Below the pieces are notes generated by a model that searched no databases, was not told where the DNA came from, and saw only the letters and a list, made by a program, of their open reading frames with translations. This document shows positions 9,118 to 18,827 of a stretch of DNA of 64,000 nucleotides, piece by piece; the first letter of the stretch is position 1, and each line of letters starts with the position of its first letter. The translations under genes were made by a program, and so were the position numbers. The DNA is from an uncultured bacterium (lineage in GTDB: Bacteria > Acidobacteriota > Thermoanaerobaculia > Multivoradales > JAHZIX01), in the NCBI GenBank assembly GCA_965368975.1, contig CBDUPA010000002.1, positions 64,001-128,000 of the forward strand. The letters run 5' to 3'.

Positions 9118-11781
9118 CTAATTCTCGGCCTGCAGCGTCTCGATACCCTGCTCGCGCAGCGGATCGAACCAGGGTAGGGAAAACCAGCGAACGTCGAAGT
9201 CCTCGAGAGCACGCTGAGCGTGCTCTCGGGCGAGTTCGTATTCGCCGACCAGGGTGTAGACCAAGGCCGCCTCGAACGCTACCTGCGTCGCTCGCGGGGC
9301 TCGCTGCAGCGCCAGCTCTACAGCCGCACGCGCCTCGGAGCCACGGCCCAAATGAGCCAAGGCTTGTGCCTTCACCGTCAGCATTTGCCAGTGGGACGCG
9401 GCCGGATCTCGAGCCACCGAGGTCACGACCCTCTCGTAGAACAGCCTGGCCTCCGGATGTCGCCCCAGGTGCTCGAGGGTATCAGCGAGGTTGAGTGCCA
9501 CCATCGGGTTGTTGGGCTCCCGAGCCAGCGCACGGCGCGCCACTTGCTCGGCTTCCTGCCATCGATCGAGCAGCATGAAGGTGATGCTCAGGTTGGTCAG
9601 CTCGGTCATCTGAGGCGAACTCTCGACCAGCTGTTGGTACAGTTCGAGTGCCCGTTCCAGAGATCCGAAGGTCATCTCCAGCTGTGCCAGCAAGGACTGC
9701 GCCGCGTAGTATCCAGGAGACCGCCGGAGCAACTCGTCGAGATGAGCGCGCGCGGCGGCATATTCACCCAGGGCCATCTCCAGCTGAGCGAGCTTGAACA
9801 GGTGGTGGCGCGAGGGCTGCTGCTGAACCGCCTGCCGCATCCACCGGATGGCTTGCGCTGAACGACCTTGGTGCTGGTAGAGGCTGGCCCGACGCATCAG
9901 TGTCTGGCTGTCTCCAGGTTGCAGCCGCGCGAGCTGTTCCAAGCTCTGCTCCGCTACCGCTGTTTGCTCAGCCTTGAGCCCGACATCGAACCGGACCATC
10001 AGCGGCCGAGGATCACCAGGAGCCAGCTCCTCGGCCTGCTCGAGAAGCTCGAGCGCAACGTCCAGGTCGCTCGCGTCGCGCCGCTCGTTGAAGCGATAGA
10101 GACGCAACTGGGCATCCAGCAAATAGGCTTCCACGAAACGCGGCGAGCGACGGCGGATACCTGCCAGGCGCTCGAGAACGCGATCGATCGACAAGGCCGA
10201 GCCTTCGAGTTCCGTGAAGCGGGTATAGAGCTCGAGAAACTCTTCGTAGTCGGGTTCGGACACCAGCAAGCCTGGCTGCCGGGTGCGCGCTGGATGCGAC
10301 GGATAGGCAAGCTGCAAGTAGCTTTCCAGCACCTCGGGCAAGGCTCGGGGACGCTCACGCAACACCGCCAGCCGCTCCGTCCACAGAAGACTTCCGTCAT
10401 ATCCGGAAATACGGCGCAAGACCAGGTTGCAGGACGCTGTCGGGCAGTGCAGCTGTGATGTAAAGACCTCGTCCGCGGCGGTCGAGCGAGCGATCTCCAG
10501 GGGCGTGCCCTCGAGGTCGCCCATTTGCTCCGGGGGAAGCACCGCCAGGCCTTCTCGGCCGAGCAGGTTGCGTAGCAAGGCCAGCTCCAAGCTCGACGCC
10601 AGTTGCGCCTCTTCGCCGAGCGTCGCCTGCGTCGTCACTTCAGGCGGCAGAACCGCGACGTAGAGCGGCGGCGGTGCTTCTCGATGCAACCACCAGGCGC
10701 CAGTACCCGTCAGCAGCGCGGCCAGCAAGGCGGCCAACATCCAGACCACCGGACGCTTCCACGCCGGGCGCTCCTGGCGTGGCTCCGTCTTCGAGTGGAA
10801 GATGACGGTCGTCGACGACGGCGAGCCGGCACCGACGAGCGTCGCCTGGTTCGCGTCCCAGGTCGGCTGATCGATCGCCCACCGCTGCGCATCGTCCGCG
10901 ATGGCTTCGAGAGCACGGATGCCCGAGTCGCTCTCGTCGCTCGATAGCGGCGTCAGCGAGCTGATTCGCTGCAGCTCGGCGAGCACCGCATGAGCGCTCT
11001 CGGGTCGCCGCGGCGGGTCCTTCTCCAGCATGTGGTCGAGCAATGCGGACAGGTCGCGCGGCAAGTCGGACACGACATCGCTCGCCGATATCTGCTGCTG
11101 CGTGCAGATCCGGGTCAACATGTCCACCGGATTGCCGGCAGCGAAAGGATGGTGGCCGGTGACCATGCGGTAGAGCAAGATGCCGAGGGCGAAGAGATCC
11201 GAGCGGACATCGAGATCCTGGCCACGTGCCTGCTCGGGGGACATGGCAGCGTAGGTCCCGAGCACGCCACCGCCGTGCGACAAGGGCTCCGTGTCATCGC
11301 GCGGATCGAGACTCTTGGCCAGACCGAAATCCAGGATCTTGGCGTGCCCGACCTCGGTGACCATCACGTTCTCGGGCTTCAGGTCGCGGTGCAGAATGCC
11401 ACGCGCATGGGCGGCGGCCAAGCCGGAGGTGATCTCACGTCCCAGGCGCAGTGCGCGGCGTAGCGGCAACCGTTTCCGGTGCAGCAGCACCGCCAGCGTC
11501 TCGCCCTCGATGAACTCCATGACGATGGCGTCGCCTCCCGCCGTCTCCAGGACGTGGAAGATTTGCACCGTCGCGGGATGGCTGAGCGCGGCCGCCGCCT
11601 TGGCTTCACGACGGAACCGTTGGCGCGCTTCGGGACGGCCGGCGGCCTCCGGCCGAATGTACTTGACGGCGACTCGACGCTCGAGTTGCTCGTCGTACGC
11701 CAGGTAGACTTCGCCCATACCACCGGCGCCCAGCCGGCGTTCGAGGCGGTAGGGGCCGATACGGTCCGGATCGGGCGGCAC
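9118..11781 (-). CDS. Transmembrane Ser/Thr protein kinase with TolB-like and TPR C-terminal region
   Basis: LGAGGMGEVY, VAVK, HRDLKPEN, DFG, MSPEQ; TM WMLAALLAALLTGTGAWWL; YVAVLPP followed by many TPR helices. Confidence 0.95.
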   Translation of the reverse strand: MPPDPDRIGPYRLERRLGAGGMGEVYLAYDEQLERRVAVKYIRPEAAGRPEARQRFRREAKAAAALSHPATVQIFHVLETAGGDAIVMEFIEGETLAVLLHRKRLPLRRALRLGREITSGLAAAHARGILHRDLKPENVMVTEVGHAKILDFGLAKSLDPRDDTEPLSHGGGVLGTYAAMSPEQARGQDLDVRSDLFALGILLYRMVTGHHPFAAGNPVDMLTRICTQQQISASDVVSDLPRDLSALLDHMLEKDPPRRPESAHAVLAELQRISSLTPLSSDESDSGIRALEAIADDAQRWAIDQPTWDANQATLVGAGSPSSTTVIFHSKTEPRQERPAWKRPVVWMLAALLAALLTGTGAWWLHREAPPPLYVAVLPPEVTTQATLGEEAQLASSLELALLRNLLGREGLAVLPPEQMGDLEGTPLEIARSTAADEVFTSQLHCPTASCNLVLRRISGYDGSLLWTERLAVLRERPRALPEVLESYLQLAYPSHPARTRQPGLLVSEPDYEEFLELYTRFTELEGSALSIDRVLERLAGIRRRSPRFVEAYLLDAQLRLYRFNERRDASDLDVALELLEQAEELAPGDPRPLMVRFDVGLKAEQTAVAEQSLEQLARLQPGDSQTLMRRASLYQHQGRSAQAIRWMRQAVQQQPSRHHLFKLAQLEMALGEYAAARAHLDELLRRSPGYYAAQSLLAQLEMTFGSLERALELYQQLVESSPQMTELTNLSITFMLLDRWQEAEQVARRALAREPNNPMVALNLADTLEHLGRHPEARLFYERVVTSVARDPAASHWQMLTVKAQALAHLGRGSEARAAVELALQRAPRATQVAFEAALVYTLVGEYELAREHAQRALEDFDVRWFSLPWFDPLREQGIETLQAEN

Positions 11782-11791
11782 CGGATGCGCT

Positions 11792-13516
11792 CTACTTCCG
11801 CGTCCGCGGTGTGTCCGCCGGGGCTTGGCCCAGATCTAGCGAGAGGCCAAAGTGCTTCATACGGCGTCTCAAACCTTGCTTGGAAACTTCCAGCTCGTCG
11901 ACCATGGCGTCGAGGTTGCCGCGGCAGCGAGCCAGGCTCTGCTCGATTTCGTCTCGATCGAGATCCGCAGCTTTGCGAATGCCAGGAATCTGATGGATCA
12001 GATCATACAGCGACGGACGCGGGATCCCCAGCTGACGCGCCGCGTCCTGGATCCGCCAGCGCTGCTCACGCAGTGCGGCGAGCACCTCTTCCTGGCGCAG
12101 GTCCGAAGGCCGGCGCGTGGGCGCGGATGCAGTGGCGGGCGTGGGCCTCGACGGCCGGAGCGGCGACACCCCTGACCCATGCTCGGCTCTTGACCGGCGC
12201 TCCGCAGTACGGCCGCAAGCCGGCACGTCGATTTCGGCCAGCAGGTTCTCCAACTGCGACGACGGACGCAAGCGCGACTCGCCACGGCCGGCGATCACCA
12301 ACTGGCGCACGACGTTGCGCAGCTGCCGGACGTTGCCCGGCCAGTGGCAGACGGCCAAGCGCGCCACCAGTTCGGCAGGCAACCACGGCGATCCCCCAGG
12401 TGTCGTTTCCAGCTTGTGCGTCTCGTGCAGCACTTCCAGTTCGAGACGCAGGAAGTGGCGCAGCAGGCGCCCGAAATCCTCGCGCCGGGCGCGCAGCGGC
12501 GGGATGCGGATCTCGTAGCCCTGCAATCGATGCAGCAACGGCGCGCGGAACCTCTGCCCTGCCACCGCCGCTTCTAGGTCGGCATCGGTAGCGGCGAGCA
12601 GCCGTACATCGGCCTGGAAGGCCTCGGCGGCGCCCAGTGGCTGCACCTCGCCGGTCTCCAGCGTACGCAGCAGCATCGCCTGCACTTCCTCCGGCGTCTC
12701 GCCGACCTCGTCCAGGAACAAGGTGCCTTGACGCGCCTTGCGGAAGTAGCCGTCGCGCGCCCGATCGGCGCCGGTGAAGGCCCCTTTGCCCGCACCGAAG
12801 AGTTCGGCGGCGGCCAGCGCCGGCGGTAGCGAAGCCATGTTGAGCGCGACAAACGGCCGGTCCCGGCGCGGGCTCGCCGCGTGCAGTGCGCTCGCCACCA
12901 CTTCCTTGCCGGTCCCGGTCTCACCGCGCAGCAAGACGGGAACCACCAGATCGGCCAGGCGCTGAATGTCCTGGCGCACCTGGCGCATGGCCGGACTCTC
13001 TCCAATCAGTCCGTGCCGTGGCAACAGCTGCGAGCTGACCGGGTCGACCGTGTGTAGTAGCAGGACAACGCGACCGGCGAGCAGCAACACCACGCCGTCG
13101 AGTAGAGCCGCAGTATCGAAGACCCTGGTCTCGCGCACGACTTCGTCGTCGACGTGCACCTCGGTTCGACTCGAGCGGGTGTTCAGCTCGATTCCCGCTG
13201 GGGTGGCGCGCAGCAGCAATGGTGAGCGACTGATCCGCGGGTCGGCCAGCGGCCTCACTTCGCCACTGCCCGGAGGAGCAAACAGCGGCTCCAGCCGCGA
13301 CAAGCGCACCTCGCGGTCCTCCGTGCCGCGGGCCCCACCCGCCGTACTAGCCCTTTGGAGCTGCGGCAGCGCGACGCGCTCACCGATCCGGTGCAAGTCG
13401 GGATGATAGAGAACAGTCAGCCCGGGGACACGGAGATCCCGGTGACTTTCCCAACCGCTCTGACGAGTGTGTGTCCGCGATTGTGTTTCACCATTCCACG
13501 TGGCGATGTGAGACAT
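11792..13516 (-). CDS. Sigma54-dependent enhancer-binding protein with FHA-like N-terminus and two C-terminal HTHs
   Basis: GETGTGKE, GAFTGA, LFLDEVGE, FRAPLLHRL, WPGNVRQL; HTH1 QDAARQLGIPRPSLY, HTH2 DAMVDELEVSKQGLRRR; N-terminal LSR...DPRISRSP degenerate FHA-like segment. Confidence 0.92.
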   Translation of the reverse strand: MSHIATWNGETQSRTHTRQSGWESHRDLRVPGLTVLYHPDLHRIGERVALPQLQRASTAGGARGTEDREVRLSRLEPLFAPPGSGEVRPLADPRISRSPLLLRATPAGIELNTRSSRTEVHVDDEVVRETRVFDTAALLDGVVLLLAGRVVLLLHTVDPVSSQLLPRHGLIGESPAMRQVRQDIQRLADLVVPVLLRGETGTGKEVVASALHAASPRRDRPFVALNMASLPPALAAAELFGAGKGAFTGADRARDGYFRKARQGTLFLDEVGETPEEVQAMLLRTLETGEVQPLGAAEAFQADVRLLAATDADLEAAVAGQRFRAPLLHRLQGYEIRIPPLRARREDFGRLLRHFLRLELEVLHETHKLETTPGGSPWLPAELVARLAVCHWPGNVRQLRNVVRQLVIAGRGESRLRPSSQLENLLAEIDVPACGRTAERRSRAEHGSGVSPLRPSRPTPATASAPTRRPSDLRQEEVLAALREQRWRIQDAARQLGIPRPSLYDLIHQIPGIRKAADLDRDEIEQSLARCRGNLDAMVDELEVSKQGLRRRMKHFGLSLDLGQAPADTPRTRK

Positions 13517-13598
13517 ACGTTGCAGTTTAGAGCCAGCGATGAAGGATGGGCAACCTCCGTGGCACTTGCCCACGCTGGGTTTGTGGTAGAAAGCGCTC

Positions 13599-14264
13599 AT
13601 GTCGAATCGTTCGACCCCCTCTCGCCCGGCTTCGGAAGCAGATCCCCTGCGTGCCTTGATCGGTCAGGCTCTGGACGATGTCCTGGCCGCGACCCAACGG
13701 GCACCCGAGGGAGCCGCGACGGCGTCCGCTGCAGCTGGATCTGTTACCGCTGGGGCCATGGTCGCCGACAGAGTCTCGGGGAGCTCCGTCTCGACGATGT
13801 CCGCTGCACCGGCGGTCGCCATCGGTGCCGACCACGGCGGTTTCGCGCTCAAGGAGCGCCTGATGGTCCTGCTGCGCCAGCGCGGCTGCACGGTCACCGA
13901 CTGTGGCACCTACTCGACCGACAGCTGCGACTACCCCGACTTCGCGCACGAAGTCGCGCGCCGTGTCGCGGACGGCAGCTGCCGCTGGGGGATCATCGTC
14001 GACGGCGCCGGTATCGGCTCGTCGATGGTCGCCAACAAGGTGCCGGGCGTGCGCGCCGCGCTGTGCTACGACGTCTCGAGCGCGCGCAACAGCCGCGAGC
14101 ACAACCACGCCAACGTGCTGACGCTGGGCGCCAGCCTGATCGGCGCGGGCCTGGCCGAACAGATCGTCACAACATGGCTCGATGCCCCCTGGGGCGAGGG
14201 ACGCCATGCCCGCCGAGTCGATAAGATCACCGACGTGGAACGCCGCTACCTGGTCTCCAGGTGA
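13599..14264 (+). CDS. rpiB: Ribose-5-phosphate isomerase B with N-terminal encapsulation-peptide-like extension
   Basis: IGADHGGFALKE, DYPDFA, DGAGIGSSMVANKVPGVRAA, REHNHANVL, EGRHARRVDKI; N-terminal amphipathic helix PLRALIGQALDDVLA. Confidence 0.92.
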   Translation: MSNRSTPSRPASEADPLRALIGQALDDVLAATQRAPEGAATASAAAGSVTAGAMVADRVSGSSVSTMSAAPAVAIGADHGGFALKERLMVLLRQRGCTVTDCGTYSTDSCDYPDFAHEVARRVADGSCRWGIIVDGAGIGSSMVANKVPGVRAALCYDVSSARNSREHNHANVLTLGASLIGAGLAEQIVTTWLDAPWGEGRHARRVDKITDVERRYLVSR

Positions 14265-14275
14265 GGAACTAGACC

Positions 14276-15137
14276 ATGGACCGCGAAGCTCTGATCGATG
14301 CCGTGACCGCGCGCGTACTGTCAGCGGTCGGCTGTAGCACCAAGGACGCCTCCGCCGCTGACCGCTGCACCGACTGCACCGGCGGCTGTGCCGCCAGCTG
14401 CGCTTCCAAGGTGCGCGCCGTGATGGGCGCCGGCGCCGGCCGCGTCAGCTTCCGCGGCAGCGGCGGCGACGTCCCCTCCGACCTCGCCCGCACCATCGAC
14501 CACACCCTGCTCAAGCCCGACACCACCCCGGCACAGATCGACAAGCTGTGCTACGAAGCCCGCGAGTACCGATTCGCGGCGGTGTGCGTCAATCCCGTCT
14601 GGGTCAAGCGCGCCGTCTCGCGCCTGCGCGGCAGCAGCGTCACCGTGGCTTCGGTGGTCGGCTTCCCGCTCGGCGCCAGCACGCCCGAGATCAAGGCCAT
14701 GGAGGCACGCCGAGCCCTGCGCGACGGCGCGCGCGAGATCGACATGGTGCTCAACGTCGGCGCCCTGAAGGCCGGCGACTACGACCTGGTCGAACGCGAC
14801 ATCGCCAAGGTCACCGACGCCTGCAACGAAGTCGGGGCGCTCAACAAGGTGATCCTCGAGACCGCTTTGCTGAGCGACGAAGAGAAAGTCATCGCGTGCC
14901 GGCTGGCGGTCGCCGGCGGTGCGCACTACGTCAAGACCTCCACCGGCTTCGGCGGCGGCGGTGCGACCGTCTTCGATATCGCCCTGATGCGCGAGGCAGT
15001 GGGTCCCAAGCTCGGTGTCAAAGCCTCGGGCGGCGTCAAAAACCGCGGCGATGCCATCGCCATGATCGACGCCGGTGCCACCCGCATCGGCGCTTCGGCC
15101 GGAATTCAAATCGTCAGCGGATCCAAGGGAGGAGCCA

Positions 15138-15151
<14 letters not shown>
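14276..15151 (+). CDS. deoC: Deoxyribose-phosphate aldolase with encapsulation peptide and Cys-rich linker
   Basis: [45 protein letters not shown]; N-terminal [14 protein letters not shown]. Confidence 0.95.
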
Positions 15152-15809
<658 letters not shown>

Positions 15810-15905
15810 CAGCTGAAGACTGCTAGCTGAAGACTGAACGAACACCCGAAGTGCAATCTTCGAACTGCGACATATCCGAGAGCGACTACCTGAGGAGTAA
15901 GAACG

Positions 15906-16196
15906 ATGGCCGAAGCACTAGGCATGATTGAAACCCGCGGCTTCACCGCGATGGTCGAAGCGTCCGACGCCATGGTCAAGGCGGCGAAGGTCGAGTTGGT
16001 GGGCTACGAGCGCATCGGCGGCGGCTACGTCACCGCCATCGTGCGCGGCGACGTGGCGGCGGTCAAGGCTGCCGTCGAGGCTGGCGTACGTGGCGCCGAG
16101 AAGGTCGGCGAAGTGGTTTCCACCCACGTCATCGCTCGTCCGCACAGCAACGTCGACAGCGTCCTGCCCCTCGGCCGTCCGTCCGAGGAGAGCTGA
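15906..16196 (+). CDS. BMC shell hexamer (BMC-H, EutM/PduA/CcmK family)
   Basis: ALGMIETRG...[13 protein letters not shown]...[20 protein letters not shown]...HVIARPH. Confidence 0.97.
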   Translation: MAEALGMIETRGFTAMVEASDAMVKAAKVELVGYERIGGGYVTAIVRGDVAAVKAAVEAGVRGAEKVGEVVSTHVIARPHSNVDSVLPLGRPSEES

Positions 16197-16201
16197 GACC
16201 C

Positions 16202-16492
16202 ATGCATCTGGCACGGGTGGTCGGCACCCTGGTCGCCAGCCGCAAGGAAGAGCGCCTGGAAGGACTGAAATTCCTGGTGCTGCGCCAGCTCGACGTCGAC
16301 GGCCAAGAAACCGGCGGCTCGTTGATCGCCAACGACGCCGTCGGCGCCGGGGTCGGTGAGGTCGTACTCTACGCCAGCGGCAGTTCCGCGCGGCAGACCG
16401 AGGCGACCCACGAGCGACCGTGCGACGCCGTCGTCATGGCGATCGTCGATACCTGGGAAGTCGGCGGCACCGAGGTCTACCGCAAGGACTGA
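16202..16492 (+). CDS. BMC vertex pentamer (BMC-P, EutN/CcmL family)
   Basis: [15 protein letters not shown]...[12 protein letters not shown]...GSSAR...DAVVMAIVD. Confidence 0.95.
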   Translation: MHLARVVGTLVASRKEERLEGLKFLVLRQLDVDGQETGGSLIANDAVGAGVGEVVLYASGSSARQTEATHERPCDAVVMAIVDTWEVGGTEVYRKD

Positions 16493-18123
16493 GATACGGC
16501 GCAAGCCTCCGCTGCGCCGTCCAGCACTCCTTCCTCTAGCACTCCCTCGACCCACAGAGCTTGGTAGATCAGCTGCGCCATCTTGCCGGCGCCGCGGTGG
16601 GTAAAGTGGCAATTGTCGACCGTGTCCAGCGGCGCGAAGGCATCGGGCGCTAGCACCGCGTCGACGAACGGCAGCCCGAACTCTGCCGCGACCTGACGGC
16701 CGACTTCGTTGTGCTCGCGCACACCGACCGCGAAGCTCTCGTCGCTCGGCGTGCGCGGGGTGAAGTACTGCGGCACGATCACCACCCGCGTGCCGCGAGC
16801 CTGCGCCAGGCGCACCAGGTCTTCCAGCAGACTGCGATAGAGCGTCGGCGGCGTTTCCTCGAGGCGGGCGGACCACTCCCGCGCCGGAGGCAACGCTTCC
16901 GCTCGCGCTTCGCGGCCGATCTGCCGGTGGCGTCCCGGCAGCGCGACGCGGCGCAGGTAATAGAAACGATAGGGTGTGAAGTGCCGCAGCCACGGATGCG
17001 GCGCCGGCAGCACTGCCCCCTCCTCACGCCAGGGCGCACGATAGTGCCCGTAGTCCACCTTCTGCGGTGCCCCGAGCAGGCGCGGTTGTACGTCGTTGAT
17101 GCCAGCGAAAATCAGCAGCACGTCGGCGTCCAGGTGACGCAAATGGCTCACGTAATGCAGCAAGTTCTCGTACAGCGAGTAACCACCCACGCCGCCGTTG
17201 ATCACCTCGACCTCCGGTCCGCACACTCCGCGTAAGTGTTGCTCCAAACGGTAGACCCAGGTGTCCTGCGCGCGCAGGATCGCGTTGTCGTAGGTCGTAC
17301 TGCCGCCCAGCACTAGCAAGCGCAAAGCCCCCTCGTCCCGCGCCTGTGCGCTCAGAAGTTGGGTACGGCGAATCAAGTAAGTCGCGTCGTGCTGCCGCTC
17401 GCCGGCTCGCTCCTGGAGCGGGTTGAGCGCGTAGTTCAGCGTGTGGTGCGGCGTGAAGCGGAACTGCGGCGACGTCAAATCTGGATCGAAGGCGGATCGA
17501 TAGAGCCGCTGCTCGAAGGCACCACGATCAGCTAGATCGTTCTCGATCACCGTCCACACCGCGACCTGGACCGCGACGAGCAACAACACCACCTGCGCGA
17601 CGCTCAGCCAGCGTCCACGACCGAGCAGCCGGTAAAGCAAGAAGGCCGTCAGGATCTGCAGCAGCACCACCACTGGCACATGCGTAATCGCTGGTAGCGC
17701 CCGCGGTCCGCGCCAGCTGTAGGCACGACCGTTGGAGTTGGGATTTGAGCCGTCTGAGGCCGAAACGAAGAGGCCATACTGCAGGTGGGCAAAGGAGCCG
17801 TCGCAGCGCTCCCCCACGTCCGAGAGGTGCGTATGAAACGCCCCATCCAGAGATGGGCCCAGCGGCCGCCCGTCCTCCAGAATCTCCAGCCGCGAATCGA
17901 CCAGCGTGCCGTTGCCGTCGGTGGGCACATCGGCGAGCCCCGCATCCCGTAAGTCGAGGCGGTAGACGCAACCCTCGAACGGTTCAAACGGCCCGTCCAA
18001 GGGCTGCTCGACCAACCAGGTCATCCCCGGCGGAAAGAGTAGGAAGACGAGCAGTCCCAGGGCGACGATGAAGAGCGCCAGGTAGCCGTCCTGGCGAGTC
18101 CAGCGGAAGAATCTCTCAGCCAT
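16477..18123 (-). CDS. Membrane-anchored SGNH/GDSL hydrolase
   Basis: Blocks [26 protein letters not shown]; three TM segments; TATACT-N7-ATG suggests start at 18123. Confidence 0.85.
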   Translation of the reverse strand: MAERFFRWTRQDGYLALFIVALGLLVFLLFPPGMTWLVEQPLDGPFEPFEGCVYRLDLRDAGLADVPTDGNGTLVDSRLEILEDGRPLGPSLDGAFHTHLSDVGERCDGSFAHLQYGLFVSASDGSNPNSNGRAYSWRGPRALPAITHVPVVVLLQILTAFLLYRLLGRGRWLSVAQVVLLLVAVQVAVWTVIENDLADRGAFEQRLYRSAFDPDLTSPQFRFTPHHTLNYALNPLQERAGERQHDATYLIRRTQLLSAQARDEGALRLLVLGGSTTYDNAILRAQDTWVYRLEQHLRGVCGPEVEVINGGVGGYSLYENLLHYVSHLRHLDADVLLIFAGINDVQPRLLGAPQKVDYGHYRAPWREEGAVLPAPHPWLRHFTPYRFYYLRRVALPGRHRQIGREARAEALPPAREWSARLEETPPTLYRSLLEDLVRLAQARGTRVVIVPQYFTPRTPSDESFAVGVREHNEVGRQVAAEFGLPFVDAVLAPDAFAPLDTVDNCHFTHRGAGKMAQLIYQALWVEGVLEEGVLDGAAEACAVSQSLR

Positions 18124-18140
18124 GCCGCGCAGTATACGAG

Positions 18141-18614
18141 CTACCAGGCGCGCCACGTATCCTTACGCGTCCCCTTGGCCGACTTCGCCCCGCCGTCTGC
18201 CACGGATTGGCGATCTTGCTGAGCGGTGTCCTCCGTCGGCTCGGCTGCCGGAGCCTCCTTGGGTGCCAGCGTAGCTTGCAGAATCTTCATCTGCCGCCAG
18301 TAGTCGTCAATCGCCTGCTGGCCGTCTTGGGTCAGGCGTACGGTGGTGTGCGGCTTGCGGCCGACGAAGTCCTTGATGATCAGCACCAAGTCTCCGGCCT
18401 CCAACTTGCTCAAGTGCGCGGACAGGTTGCCTTTGGTGAGGCCGGTGACGTTCTGCAAGAAGAGAAAGTCCGCCTCGGCGCAGTTGGCCAACGTCGTCAG
18501 GATCGCCAATCGTGCCGGCTCATGGACCAGCTTGTCTAGTTCCGCCAGTTCTCGGACGGCTTCCGGGTCTGGCAGAGAAATCGCTACCGAACTATGCAAA
18601 TCAGTCTTCATCAC
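18141..18614 (-). CDS. Winged-helix transcriptional regulator (HTH_34/ArsR-MarR-like)
   Basis: LDKLVHEPARLAILTTL...ADFLFLQNVTGLTKGNLSAHLSKLEAGDLV...FVGRKPHT...LTQDG. Confidence 0.9.
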   Translation of the reverse strand: MMKTDLHSSVAISLPDPEAVRELAELDKLVHEPARLAILTTLANCAEADFLFLQNVTGLTKGNLSAHLSKLEAGDLVLIIKDFVGRKPHTTVRLTQDGQQAIDDYWRQMKILQATLAPKEAPAAEPTEDTAQQDRQSVADGGAKSAKGTRKDTWRAW

Positions 18615-18708
18615 AAACCAGTATGGCGAAATCTAGAAACTCGAGATCTCGGGTAGATCTTCCTTACGGCTGGTCCGCGGGTGGCTCATAGTGCATCTCT
18701 TTGATATC

Positions 18709-18744
18709 AGTTTGCAACATAAACCAGTCTGAGATCATTGTCAA
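18709..18744 (-). promoter_or_regulatory. Sigma70 promoter with overlapping palindromic operator for the winged-helix regulator
   Basis: Minus strand TTGACA (18744-18739)-17 bp-TATGTT (18721-18716); imperfect palindrome GTTTGCAACATAAAC (18710-18724) overlaps the -10. Confidence 0.6.
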
Positions 18745-18827
18745 CCAGCGTCATGCTACCTCGACCAAGCCGGCGCAGCAGAATCCTATCTGCCCCTGAG
18801 ACGCCAACCTGTGGTAAGAACTGACGC

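Noticed and set aside
13560-13576. TGGCAC...GC sigma54-like site upstream of rpiB, which would tie the bEBP to the BMC
   Set aside because: GG-to-GC spacing is 11 rather than 10 and TTGC is misplaced; the better site is at 8509.
18633-18689. 18-codon ORF (MSHPRTSRKEDLPEISSF) in the regulator leader
   Set aside because: Weak RBS and no recognisable motif; cannot be distinguished from chance.
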